NCBI GenBank assembly: GCA_012295275.1
Contig: CM022672.1
Span: 15,562,001 to 15,626,000 of the forward strand
Source: Chrysomallon squamiferum
Lineage: Eukaryota > Animalia > Mollusca
DNA: 64,000 nt
Reading direction: 5' to 3'
The notes under the pieces were generated by a model, which ran no database searches, was not told where the DNA came from, and was given only the letters and a program-made list of their open reading frames with translations. A program made the position numbers and the translations under genes. Of the stretch, positions 1 to 13,661 are shown piece by piece (the stretch's first letter is position 1; every line of letters starts with the position of its first letter).

Positions 1-365
1 AAGAATGGATTCATTTTTTAAGTTATCAGTTACACACTTCAAGGCTAAAATAATTTTCTTTCTTCTTTTTCTACTTTCTTTACTTTTATTGTAACGGTTA
101 CTGTTGTTTTGTTTTGTTTTTCTTATATAATTATTATTATTATTATTTAAATCCTTGAATCATCTTTAAATATTCATTCATTTAGATATATAAAAAAACA
201 AGTTAGAAGGGAAAAATGAAAATTCAGGAAACAGCATAATTTTATCAGAATCGTTAGTAACTTTGTAACTATTATACACTCATTGATTATATGACAGTTC
301 ACAAATAATTTATTAATGAATATATATATTTACATATAATAATATATGCATATATATGTACATAC

Positions 366-370
<5 letters not shown>

Positions 371-440
<70 letters not shown>
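371..440. repeat. (TA)n microsatellite
   Basis: Uninterrupted TA dinucleotide run. Confidence 0.95.
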
Positions 441-447
<7 letters not shown>

Positions 448-2243
448 TATATATTTATAATAAAATTTATACTATAACCACAAATTTCTCATGTAATAAT
501 GAGAATAATTAAAAAATATACTTACATAAATTAATTGAAAAAGTAATTAAATGATTACACTGTTACTAAACACTGACTCTAGAAATAAAAATACAGAAAT
601 AACATCCATGGATCAGTGTTCCACAGCAAATAGTTTTCCAATTAAACTCACCGTATGAACTATTTATGAAATTAGCTATTTCCCTGCAGTATTCTGCTAA
701 CAGTATCCACAATGAATCAGCAGTTTATAAAATAATAAACTTATACTAATAAATGTGAACTTTTTTCTAGAACACGTACGTTATGCTTTTACTACAATTA
801 TCTGTATAAACATTTAGATAGTCTGAGACACTTCAGAGTACATTTCATTTTCATGTGAAATAAGTTAAATTACTGCTATGAATTTTTAACTGTATTAATA
901 TCAAATTTAATAATATAATTCTTTGTTTTTTAATGATGGGTAAAGTTATAATGTTAAAATAATGTTCAAAAACTGACATATATACTTCCTGGTTTTTTAG
1001 CTAAACATTTATTTTGAATTTTAAGTTTCTTCTTTTCATTTAATGTTTTATTCTTAATAATAGCAGTAATTTTTAAATTATTTTTATTGAAAGTTTTATA
1101 TAGATGTATATATACCCACACAGACAGATATTTTATTATTATTATTTTATAGGTATATATACATTTTTTTGATATACATTTAAAAGAATAAATGATAAAA
1201 TATCTAGACAGTAATTATTTGAAATAATCAGTTAAAAAAAAGCAGCCATTACAGCTAGACTATAACAATTAGGTCACACAATGTCACAAACTGTAAATAT
1301 GAAAAAATACATTTCATAAATTCATTGCAATACAGTTATTGTCTGAATAATAATTATCTGACGAAAGATTCCATAAAATCAGACTGTGACATTTGAAAAT
1401 AAATAACAATTTTTTAAGTACAACATAAATTTCTCTTTTTCTAATTTTATATATATACACACACACACATATAAATTATTATTATTATTATTATTTTAAA
1501 TTAAACATATAAATTTACTTTGGATAAAAAATTATTGTTTTGTAATATAAAATATATAATAATATCACATAAAAATATACTTAATTTGTTTCAATATTAT
1601 TATCTAAAAAATGAAAGAAATAGCACCCCAGGCAAAGTTAAAAATGAAAAATTATTATTATTATTATTATTATTATTATTGATTTTTATAAATTATACAA
1701 AATTTAATTAATTGCAAAATTTATAATAAAAAACATAATATCAAAACTAAAATTTATGAAAATATATGGCACATAAAAATATATTTAATCTTGTTAAAAA
1801 AGAAAAAACTGAAAGAAAAAAGTGTACAAGAAGAACATATTTGTATTTTCATTACTATTATTATTAACCCTGCATTACGTAAACTGATTCTTGCTTTTAT
1901 CAATTAAAATCACGCCGCGATAAACGAATGCTGCAGTTCTTAGTAAACTGAAATTCGGTCAGCTGACGCGTTTTTGTTGGTAACAGAAACTTGTCAGCTT
2001 TGAGGATGGATTAAAAAAAAAAAAAAAAAATCAATATAGAGATAGGGAAAGAGCGTCGTGAAAGAATTTTGTTTTTAATTTTTTTTTTTTTTTTTTTTTA
2101 AATGCATAATAATAATTAGCTGCAGGTCACAAAGTCAGATGTAACAAATCTGTCTTGAAGAAAATAAGATATTTTATGTAAATTAATCACTATCTGCATG
2201 AATGTAAGAAATGATTGGAGTAACAAGCAATAAGCGATCTTAC

Positions 2244-2500
2244 CGTATAAAGTGCAGTTAACATCTTGCCTGTTTCCGTCTTTCTCAAGATAATCAGTGA
2301 AATATCAAAGCAATGACATATCCTTCCCCTCCTCTTATCCAAGGAAGGCAGCAGCAGCCATCTTTGTTTTCTGACAATGAAAGCGAGGCATATACTTGGT
2401 TCCACTTCCCTTTGAACTTCGGCTGCATTGCCTCTCAAGACTGAGGGCTTCACCGATTAATGGCGCTGCCGCGCAAAGCGATAGTCAAAATGGTGGCGAA
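2244..2500 (-). other. Probable first (largely 5' UTR) exon of a minus-strand gene extending leftwards
   Basis: Locally GC/CpG-rich island in very AT-rich DNA. Strong minus-strand donor TATACG|GTAAGA at 2244/2243; YY1-like AAAATGGTGGCG at ~2487-2498; last ATG gives MLTALYT in phase 0. No recognisable product; 5' boundary approximate. Confidence 0.4.
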
Positions 2501-3835
2501 TTCAAAATAGTGTGTGTGTGTGTGTTTGACTGTTTTTGTTACATTGGTTTATTTATTTATTATTAAACATTTCTTAGGTGTTGTTTGTGTGTGTGTGTGT
2601 TTTTGTTTGTTATTTTTTAGATAGTCTTTAGAATATTTTTATATTATTAAATTTCTTTATTTCTTCCTTACTCCATTTTTAAATTAATTGTAATAAAATG
2701 TTCTTAAGTAGATTTGTGTGTTATTAGCTCATTAGTACAATGATGCAGTATTTTCAGATCATTTCATAGTAGCTAGGATCATCTTCTATGTTAATATGTT
2801 GTAAATGGTTGATCAACTGAGAATATCCACTCCAAGGATTACTATTAACATAGGATATGCTGCTAGTATCTTTCATTTATTATTACGTTTTGTTCGACAT
2901 TTGTACAATAAAGGCACGAGACATAACACGCTAATAATAAAACAAGTGAATAACATTATACAGTATTGACAAAAATCCAAATCGGTTCACCTTAAATAAG
3001 CCATATACCTGAATCATTATTTTATTCAGTGTTTATTCAGTATTTCGCACATCACTACTCCTTTAGAATTTCTTCAGAACAAGACTTGGCTGTGTTTCAG
3101 TGTAATACTTTTTTATTTCTCCCACGAATTACGTAGTTATCACCGTTGGTGTTACTCCTTAGCTTCTGTCGAATATGATATTTGTTAACAGGCATCTTTT
3201 GAAATTTTCCATACAGTAGGAAGTATATCGGAAAGGATATCCTACAAAAAGATAGCGCCGGTTTCATTTGTTTCATTTCAGGAACTAAAATACACTTAAT
3301 AATAATAATAAAGTAAATAAATAAACAATTATAAGCAAAGACTGAATATATTCAACTTTAAAAAACAACCCATCTGACACCCACCCACCCCCAAAAAAGA
3401 AGAAATGAATCGGCGGGATAAAAATTAAAATTATTACACTGTTTTTTTATTCTCGTCAAAATACGATTTTACGAAATTATTTAATCATAATAATTAACGA
3501 CAATTATAACAATTTTGTTCAGTTAATATTTTAATGTAGTCTATTTAAAAATAAATGTACTTAGTGTGTCCATCTGTTTTTAGTTTATATTGTCGTATTT
3601 CTCCTTGAAGATCCGTAAATATGTTCAAATTTTACAACTATTTCATGACACCTTTCAATGGCAAATGGATTTTAATTTGTAGGTTGGATTTTCAGTTCAC
3701 GAAAAGATAATGCCATGATCAAAACTGGTTGTCGTGGCTAGTAAATCGTAACTGGAAACGTAAACTTGTTTTTCAAGATGATGATATATTAATCAAATTA
3801 AACACTGAAAAACAAGAACATGTTAAAACTTCTTT

Positions 3836-3985
3836 ATTTTTATTTATTTATTTATTTTATTTTACTTTATTTATGTTTGTATGTATGTGTTATCGTTATC
3901 ATTATTATTTATTTATTTATTTTATTTTACTTTATTTATGTTTGTATGTATGTGTTATCGTTATCATTATTATTTATTTATTTAT
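3836..3985. repeat. Local tandem duplication (two copies of a ~66-nt T-rich unit)
   Basis: TTATTTTATTTTACTTTATTTATGTTTGTATGTATGTGTTATCGTTATCATTATT occurs twice in tandem; this explains the spurious ORFs at 3729-4087. Confidence 0.85.
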
Positions 3986-5901
3986 TTATATTTATTTGTA
4001 TTATTTGTTTTATTATTATTAATATTATTTACCTTTCTTTTTCTTCTTCTTGTTGATGTTGTTGTTGTTTTCATTGTTGTTGTCTAAAATTATTTACACA
4101 GATTACCCACTTTTACCATTTTTTTATTTTATATTTTTGTTTTTATAAATCTAATTTTACTGTGTAAATGTCAGTTTATACTATCTCTATCTTCACCTGA
4201 AACTAAATGAAAATTCCTTTTATTTATTTTAAATAAGCAGACTAAATATAACTGGCAATTCTTTACCTTTTTCGAAATAAATTAATAATGAAAACATTAA
4301 AAAGAATAATGATAATTACCAGTTTCCAGTATCGTGTATATGGATGAGAATTTGTGATTAACAGATCTGATATTTCGGGTTCATCTTCAGATAAAAAAAA
4401 AATTATAATAAGGTATAGACATAAAGCACAACTTTTGTTTAGTATATAAATATGTTTCTTTTCTATACTTTTTCTTCATTTGTTTGTTGTTGTTGTTGTT
4501 GTTTTGTTTTTGTTTTTGTTTTTTTAATTGCATAGTCGTATCATTTTCTTAAAATAAAAATGTAAACATAGGATTTTACGATGTTATTTAATAATAATAA
4601 TTAACAAAAAATAATAAATAAATAAATAAATAAAAAATATTTAAAAAAAAAATTAAATAAATAAATAAAATAAAAACATTTATAGCAGTTTTGCTGTTAA
4701 TATTTTTTCTCACTCTGGTACATGTATATATGTATAATTGTTTTTATTTATTATTATAAATATTTATTTATTTATATATTTACTTATTTATTATATATAT
4801 ATTTAAATTATAATTAATAATAATAACAATAATAAAAGAAGAAACCAAACAAACATTTACTTTGTTAACTGTCAAAAGAAAACAATGAAATTTCCTAGAA
4901 ATTTTACATACATAAAAAGTATCACTTTTATTATTGATAAAAGTCGCGACTGTCATTACCGCTTGACTGGTTCCATTCTCTATCCATTTCCGCTTGCGCA
5001 GTCATTTCTTTCAGCAGACATCATTATGACAATACTGACGATTACCAGTATAAACATAAAACGAAGTGGAATCATTGCTACTTTTGAAAATAAACATATA
5101 TGTTTGTTTATTAACACCTCCATATCTTCTTCTTATTTATACACTTATAAAGTATCTGGTGAATTTTAGACGGCTTCATTTTAGTCAAAGGAGGAAAATA
5201 AATAAATAATGAAAACAAAAAAAACAAAACAAAAAAACAAACAAACAAAACAAAACCAAAAAAAAGAAAAAAAGAGAAAAAACGCAGAAGGAAGAAATAT
5301 TTTAATTAACATGAGATTTAATAACATAATGAAAACAGATAAGATAATGACATTTTTTTATTTTTTTTTTTATTTTTTAAAAATACCAGCTGTTAAGCTA
5401 CCCTTGTTTGATTAGCAGAAATGGATATTTTATGTGAAGCTTCCCACGGAGATGTAAACAGTCTGGATAAAAATAAGAAGTAAAACATAAAAAGAAAAAA
5501 CTAACAGGAAAGTCTAGACTGAAAAAAGAAAAAACAAGTTTATAATGATTGTATTGTAGGAAACTTGATAAATAAATAAATACATAAAATTTATTTTTAG
5601 AGTGTCATTAGCATAATATATTTTTTTAGCATAATATATATAATTCAGTAAATTAGACCTCTAATCGTAAAAGTGAATTTATTGTTTTGGTTATATTCGG
5701 TAAAGAGTATAATATGTAAATGAGTATATAGATAGCCGATATAGCTGGGGTAGTTCATGGTTTATGTTACCAAGGGAAATAACCCATTTTAAGCAGTTGT
5801 GTTTTCTACAAAAGCAGTTGCCTGTGCTTATAAACTCTATAGTACGAGAGAGGGGCCCAGACAGCTATGCGGTATTTCGGGGACGGGCCAAGATATCAAA
5901 G

Positions 5902-5907
<6 letters not shown>

Positions 5908-5944
<37 letters not shown>
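5908..5944. repeat. (CA)n microsatellite
   Basis: Direct reading. Confidence 0.95.
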
Positions 5945-5945
<1 letters not shown>

Positions 5946-7910
5946 CTTCAATACTGAGCACCAAAAAGGGATTCTAGAAATCAAGCCTGCCTTGGTCTGG
6001 TGATTTAAAGAAAAAGTAAGGTGTTCCCTTGGTGGACCAGACTATAATCCCTCGCGGTTACAGTCATTTAGAGAGAGAGAGAGATAACAAGCGGTATTAA
6101 TAACAAATAGAACAATTTATTTTTAGCTGCAATAAAATTAGAATTAAAACTATTTTCAGCTGCAATAAATTTAAAATTAAAACTACTTTTAGCTGTGAGA
6201 TTCTCTATTAATAATCAGGCGAGCATGCCTGCATGCCTGTGAGTGTGTATATGTGGGTTGTTTTAATTGTTATTATTACTTTCGTTTAATAAAATATATT
6301 TTTCATTATATATAAATCGATATATTACGTTTTTATAATATTACAAGAAACTATTTTAGCTGTTTCTCTTATTTGAGACGTTCCCTAAATGCCGTTCATT
6401 TTTCTAGTCATATTTTCATTAAAATGTAAATTTGCTTATAAAAAAATTTATTCTGTTAGTTATTTTATTTTTTCGTTAATTTTGTCTAATCAACAAGTCT
6501 GGATCCAGATTTTTAGAAAAGAGCGGTGTCACACTTATGATGGATTATTTTTCAAGATGAATTGAGTTTCCTTACAAAGAAACAGAAAATGTCGGCAGGC
6601 AAAACATTAATGTTTGCATATAATGTACCTCATTTCTTTGTGATACCTATATATTTTGACTCGTTATTAAGTTTTTTTTTTTAATATTTAGATTTATTTT
6701 TCCTTATGATTTTATTTAAATGAATTGATTGATATCAGAATTTGGAGTCACTATGTTTCAGTTTCAAAAATAAACTCAACAAACTGAGTTGATAACAGCA
6801 TCGTAATCTCCGATTCATTTTCGTTTAATCTACACAGAAACAGATTTTAGGTTTTGTTTCAGTAGTTTGTAGATTAATTTTCTACAGATAAATATGTTTA
6901 CGTGTAAAACAACATGACTGATAATTCCTAAAAAGTTAAGACTGCTGTGATTAATTGTTGATAATATGTTTAAATAACCACACCTGAAAACTGTAGTTCA
7001 GTATTCTAATTTAAAAAAATATTTTTTTATTTTTTATTATTATTATTATTATTTTAAAATTAATAAATTTAACATTAGTTTATAATAAGGAAATATGAAA
7101 GTGATATTCAAATTTTATATATTACATATATTTCAGATTTAGATTATAGTAAAATTATTATTTTTATTTTTTCGACTATTTAATTTTCTGTAGACGCTAG
7201 GTCTAACTTAGACTGCATTTAATTTTTTTATTTTTATTTTTATTTTTTTTATTTATTCATCAGGTCATCATCATCATTTTATTATTATTTTTTCTCATAC
7301 TCACAGACACATACTAACAAAAATACACATATATATTCACCCATAAGCAAAGTTCCTTTTAGGATAGACCTACTTGATCTAAAATATTTCATTTGATATT
7401 AAAATATCATTAAATCAAATGGAAATTGTGTCTAAGTCCATTAAGCTATATATTTTTGTTTTGTTTTGCTGTTATTGTTTTCAGTTGTTTTGTTTTCCTG
7501 CTAAAAGCTAGAATCTAGTTAGATCATAACTTAACTGACTTTATTTTGGATATATATTTTCAATCACAGTCTTTTTATTTTTCAAAAATGTAACAGGCAG
7601 TAATAATAAGCAAGATTTTATCGAATTTCCAACCGAGTATATAAACTGAAAAACATACAAACAAACAAACAACGAAATAAATAAATACAAATATTAATAT
7701 GTTTAAATGTTTCTCATTGATATAATAACAGGTACAAGCAAATCTAGAGAAATGGTTAATCTATCGACTTTTAAATAATTATTCACCTCCACGTCGGAGC
7801 TTCTTGCCGTTGTTCGCAATATAAAAAGATACTCCAGTACTTAAAAATGATTTCATCTTCAAAATAACGACATTTCCGTACAACCTTTTTCCAGAAATCT
7901 TGCAGGTTTA

Positions 7911-7948
<38 letters not shown>

Positions 7949-8689
7949 AATAAAATCATTAACCGATTTATTTTGTTATATTTAAAATAAATACTCTGTG
8001 TACATCAGTTTTATAGTTACTAAAAGTGTAGGCCATTGTACGTATATGTATGCGTGCGTGTGTATGTGTTGTGTGTAATGTGTATATACCTATGTATGTA
8101 AGAGTGTGTGTGTGTCTGTTAATATGTACATGTATATATGTGTGTAAATATTTTACTCTATATGTACGTTCAGTCAATGTATTGGTTTTCTTATTTATAA
8201 TTTTATTAATGTTATTAGCTGCATACATTATTCTCCAGAAGTCACCGGTGCAATGAACTGTTTAAATAAATACACACTTAAACCTGTAGTTCAGTCTTAT
8301 TTACATATTAAATAAGAAGAAGAAGAAGAAGATCAAGAAGAAGAACTTTAAGAATAATTTATTATTATTATATTAATAATATTAAGGTTACTTTGGGTTA
8401 TATCAGTTTTACACAGACATAAATACATACATACACACACACATACACATACATACATACTAATAATATAAATAATCATAGTACATAAATCAGTAAATAA
8501 ATATTTAGTTATGGATATAATTAATTACAAGTCCATTATTAATGCTTATATTTTAAGACTGGTGTTAAAAATCCATATTAAATCCAATAAAACCACCAGT
8601 ATTCTCTGCGTCACTGATAATAACTTAAGCACATTCCATATCTGTCACTAAATATTAATATCATCCATTACTGTTGCCTACATTAATAG

Positions 8690-9330
8690 AAATATGCATG
8701 TCACCACGTCTAAAACGCAGCTGCCACTAACGAGTAACAACTGGTCGATATTGCCGATCACGTGATCATATCCAGCTTTGTTCGCAATCCGGATTTTAAG
8801 TCGTGAGAATAAAATAATAATCATTATTTGTTAATACGTTTGCCAGTGAAAAGAGAGCCCCCTTTTAATTTTAGGGATGACCACTGTGTGATATCGCGCC
8901 GTTTATTCAAAGCCTCTGGTATCAAACCAGTTTTTAACGACAACGTATACTTGTCGTCTGCTTTTATTTCAACGTACACTCGCCGCTTCGTGCGGGTTAT
9001 GTTTACTATCGCGTGTCTGTGACAGGAGTGTATACCATTGACTGAATTCACGAAAAAGAAAGAAAGAAAAGAAAAGAAAAGAAAAAAGAAGAAGAAAATT
9101 ACATTAAAGTCAACACGAAATATTGTTGTGACAAGCTATTAACGGGTGTCGTCTGATATCGCAGGCTTGAACGAGGCACAGTGCCAAGGTCTGTATGCAT
9201 ATCTAAGTATATGCTGGTATCTACGTATATACACTGCGTGTAGGCCAAGGGTACACAGGCGTCGATATTACCGGGTTGTCATTTCATATAAACACTGGGA
9301 ACCGATGTGCCTGGCTAAGTGAAGCAGCAA
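8690..9330 (+). promoter_or_regulatory. Candidate promoter/5' UTR region of the HOPX-like gene
   Basis: CpG-enriched stretch just upstream of the first coding exon; contains the perfect palindrome GATCACGTGATC (8756-8767, E-box). TSS cannot be determined. Confidence 0.35.
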
Positions 9331-9593
9331 CACTGGATAAAAGGATTATTACTTTTACCTTCTTCCTTTCTCTGCGGGTTTCATCTTTTTTTCTTTTCTT
9401 ATTTTTAAACCAACAAGGACCGAAGAGAAGGTTGTTATGAATATCGAATACAAGGAAATAATACACAAGAGTGTATAAAATACGGGTGATAACAGCTTCT
9501 AGAAACGGAGTCTTGTTTTGTGGCATATCTAGTCGTGACGTTGTATTTATTTCTGTTTGATGTCAGTTCAGTATCTTAACGATGTGCTTATAG

Positions 9594-9788
9594 ATGGAGA
9601 TTCTGTCACACAGTATGGCTGACAACACGGGTATACACGCACACTTGACCCCAGCACACCTGCTGCCGAAAATCAGCATGGATCAAATGAGGAAGTTGGA
9701 AGTAAATTTCAAACAGAATAGAAACCCGTCAGATCTAGAAATATGCATAATATCAGCGGAGGTGGGCATTTCAGAAGAAGATACTAAG
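9594..9788 (+). CDS. HOPX: Homeodomain-only protein (HOPX-like), coding exon 1
   Basis: ...DQMRKLEVNFKQNRNPSDLEICIISAEVGISEEDTK aligns with vertebrate HOPX DQVEILEYNFNKVDKHPDSTTLCLIAAEAGLSEEETQ. Phase-0 donor AAG|GTAAGA at 9788/9789. The start could be a downstream Met (MADNTG). Confidence 0.9.
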
Positions 9789-10302
9789 GTAAGAATGACC
9801 AAAGCTGAATTAGAAAGAGACAGGAGAATAATAATAAAGTTAATAGAGAAATAAAATAAATACATCTCGAAAAGTATATTTTCCTGTCTTTATCTCGAGA
9901 ATTTTACTGTAATTTTTAAACGAATTTTTAAAATTTTATTATTATTTCTCTTTTCTTTTTTTTCTTTTTTTTTTTTTTTTTTTTGAAATTATATTCAGTA
10001 TGAATGAATGAATGAATAAAAACTAATAACACAAATAATTATACTGAATGACGAACAAATTTATTGATATTCGTTATTCTAACGCAGAACTGAAGCAATC
10101 CATTTACGAGTTTAATTTCGAGACAACAAAAAATGGTTGAACTTTCTGACGCATTTATATAAAAACGTTGTGACATTTTGTTACACAATGCTCTATTACT
10201 GCAGGGCTTACTAATTATAGATTGGTATTCTGTTTTAATTTATGACGATTTAATGGTGAAAGACTTCAGCAGTTCTGTACATGAGTAAATGTAATGGTAT
10301 TA

Positions 10303-10305
<3 letters not shown>

Positions 10306-10358
<53 letters not shown>
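10306..10358. repeat. (TG)n microsatellite in HOPX intron
   Basis: Direct reading. Confidence 0.95.
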
Positions 10359-10364
<6 letters not shown>

Positions 10365-12320
10365 TGTGTTTATGTCTGTCTGAATTTATGTATATATATC
10401 TGTGTATTCATATGTATGTGGTGTTGGTGTGTATTGCTTTAGACAAAATATTTATTCACGTCATACCAGCTTTTCATTATTAATTTTAATGACCACTGCT
10501 ACAGTCAAGCAAATCCATTGATTTATGTCTTGTTCTAAACAGTGCTCCGCCAAAAGTGTATTTAATATCGATCAACAACAACAAGTTATTGATTTCTATA
10601 GACAGTGAGTTGTGGTCTGACTAGCTAGTTCAGTGCTAGCGAAGAAAACTAAAGATGTTTTTAACGTCAAATACAAAGATTGTGTTGCCAAGTTTGTAGC
10701 AGACGAGAGTTTATTACAGGCAGGAAAAAAACTAATTCTACATTTATATATTAACAACTTTCAAAAGAAAAGAAAGATGAATAAATATTCAATTTGTGTT
10801 ATAGACAAAGCTGTGTACACTATGCCTATTTAGGGCCTAATATTGCTTCTTAATATTAATAATAATAATAATAATAATACATTTTTTTTTAAAAACTACA
10901 AAGAAATAACTACAATATTTATATAATTTTGCTTTTCAGTAAACAGCATATATTATTTTGTTGTCGTCAAACAAACACTATAATATTATATAGGCGAATT
11001 AATATTTTTCAGAAATGCTAACAAAACTGTGAAATAGTCCTGTAGCGGACCTGTGTGTGGAACAAGAACATACAGAGCATATTCGTTCCTCTGCAGACGT
11101 TTTTTGACCATTATCTTAGTAATGAATAATTATTATAACAAAAATCAAGTAAAATTACGGACTATTTCCATCCACATGCTTATAATTTCAGCGTCAGACT
11201 GTATGCTAAATGAAAATTAATCGACTTTTCGTTTTAATTATTACATTGTTCACAGAGTTTAATCCCAGGCGAAATATCGACCAGTGCCAGTGCACTAAAC
11301 AGGCAACAGAAGGTAGTTTCCAAGTTCTTTGTTGTACGCTGAAGTGTCTGAAATCGATCCGACAACAAGACGATTCATGAGCACAGCACGACAGAAAGAA
11401 AAATGTTCATTTTACTAAATATATCCACGCGTGCAACAAAATTTGATGTGTTTACCACGTGCACAAAAACGATTACGCATTAGTTGTGAGGAAAGCCTTT
11501 GTCCAATCACTCCAGATAATTGGTGAAAGAATATTTTAATACTTCCTTTTTCATGTTACGAAATCACCTATTTATATTTTTTCAGAAGATATTGCTTTTA
11601 TTCACAATATTTTATATATATATATAGTTTTATTTTCATTTTTGCAGAAGTAATAATTATCTATTTATTTATTTTATTAGTATTATTATTTTATTATTAT
11701 TTTATTAGTATTATTATTATTATTATTATTATTATTTTTTTTTTCCCTTATCGTAGGAAATTATATATTTTTGGCATCAAAATTACGTATATAAAGATTT
11801 AAATATTTGTGTTTTTATAGTCGAAATAGTTGACTAAATAAGCTGTTTAGTAAACATCGTTAGGAAGTCCATCAATTGTAATCTTTTCAGATCTTAAATC
11901 CGATTAGCAAACTCACTGAATTTTCTTGGTTTAACATTCCAGCTCTTATGTTATCAATCGATTTGATAAGTGGTGGGTGACCTGAACGAAGGTGTATTAA
12001 CATAGATAGTTATTAATAAACGGTAAATAAACAGTTATTTTTATATATATATATATATATATGACATATGATAGTATGACTGAAACTGGGGTCTTGTTTC
12101 AGTTATATATATATCTATATCGTGTCTGTAGCACTGTAATAATACAAGACATGGATATACAATAAACGCAGTGTTAACAAGGTTCAGTGTAACAGAGAGA
12201 GCGGGCATGGGTCACCTAATGCTTCTTTTGTCAGATCCTTGACTGTGAGCAGATGTGACCTGAATAACTCAGCAGGGATAATTCGGTGATCAGTGAAAGC
12301 TAGGATCTGTTTATAATTGC

Positions 12321-12357
<37 letters not shown>

Positions 12358-13628
12358 CGTGTTTGTGTGAAATTGTATTTATTGGATGTGTGTGATGTGT
12401 GTGCGTGTGTGTGTGCATGTTTGTATGCATATATGTACACAATCTATACCTTGATTTGTATGTATGTATGTACATAATCTGTACATTGATTTGTATGCAG
12501 GTATGTACATAATCTATACGTTGATTTGCATGTAGTTAGGTACATTATCTATACCTTGACTTGTCTTCAGTATAAACTAATAATTTAACACAAAGTGGTT
12601 TGTTTATTTTTAAGTAAAAAGAAGATTAAAACAAACTATGTTCTGCTTCGTTTTACTAAACATCAGCTGTTAATCATTATTCGCTACAGCAATGTCATAT
12701 CTGTTTATGAAAAAGCAAAAGCATTTTTTTTTTTATACGAGCACTGAATTGCAACCACAGGAAGTGTTTTTGTTTATTATCATTACATATTTGTAATTAA
12801 GGCTATTAAAGATACACCACATACACACGAGGACAAATACATACAGATCCTACACACACAGTGTCCACGTAACATTACAGACACATATAAACTTGCCCTG
12901 CTGGATTTAAGCAAATCAGTAACTCAGTCAATATAAAACGGGATTTAATTATGCGATATTACAAATCGTTTTTCATAAATCATTTAACACGAGCAACACC
13001 TATATATTTAAACATGGATACGAGCATTTCCATTATAAGTAGACAGAAAACGGAATATTTGTATGCGATAAACAGAACTGTTTTCCATTACGAATCGTTT
13101 TTGCAAACCATTTAATACGAACAATGCTTACACGCATGTAAAATCATTATCACCAGAACAGTAGTCTATGTTATATTACATAGTCGTAGCATTCATGCTT
13201 AACTAATAGTAAAACGACAAGAACGACAATGTCGTGAATACCATCATTGTATACCCTGACGTTTTGACAAACAGTAGTTAATTTGTTATGTATGTCATTT
13301 CGGGGACTGCTAGTACTCCGAAACAAACAATGTCAACGGTAAAGAGATTAACTGGGGATTAATTCCACATTCACAATATACTGTTTGTTACGGTAATTAC
13401 AGAAGACGATATAATTTTTTGATCAGACACTGTTCTTTCAATTCTTTTCTTCCGTTCTCTCTTTTGTTGCTTTGTTAATAAGAGTCGTGTGTGCCGCAGA
13501 GACTTGTTTTTATTTGTTATGAAAGTCTAACCCGAGATCTTGATAATAAATATTATAAAGTTACGGATAAAATGTTTAATATTTAATAGCATATGTTTTT
13601 ATGTTTTATTCTTTATTATTATTATTAC

Positions 13629-13661
<33 letters not shown>

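Noticed and set aside
1520-8256. ORF-track entries rich in L/I/F/Y, K/Q/T or TH/CV repeats
   Set aside because: Translations of microsatellites and A/T tracts with no domain or splice support; the same applies to similar ORFs throughout the window.
9789-9854. C-terminal extension of the HOPX ORF (VRMTKAELERD...)
   Set aside because: Intron read-through past the GTAAGA donor; the true helix 3 is at 20053.
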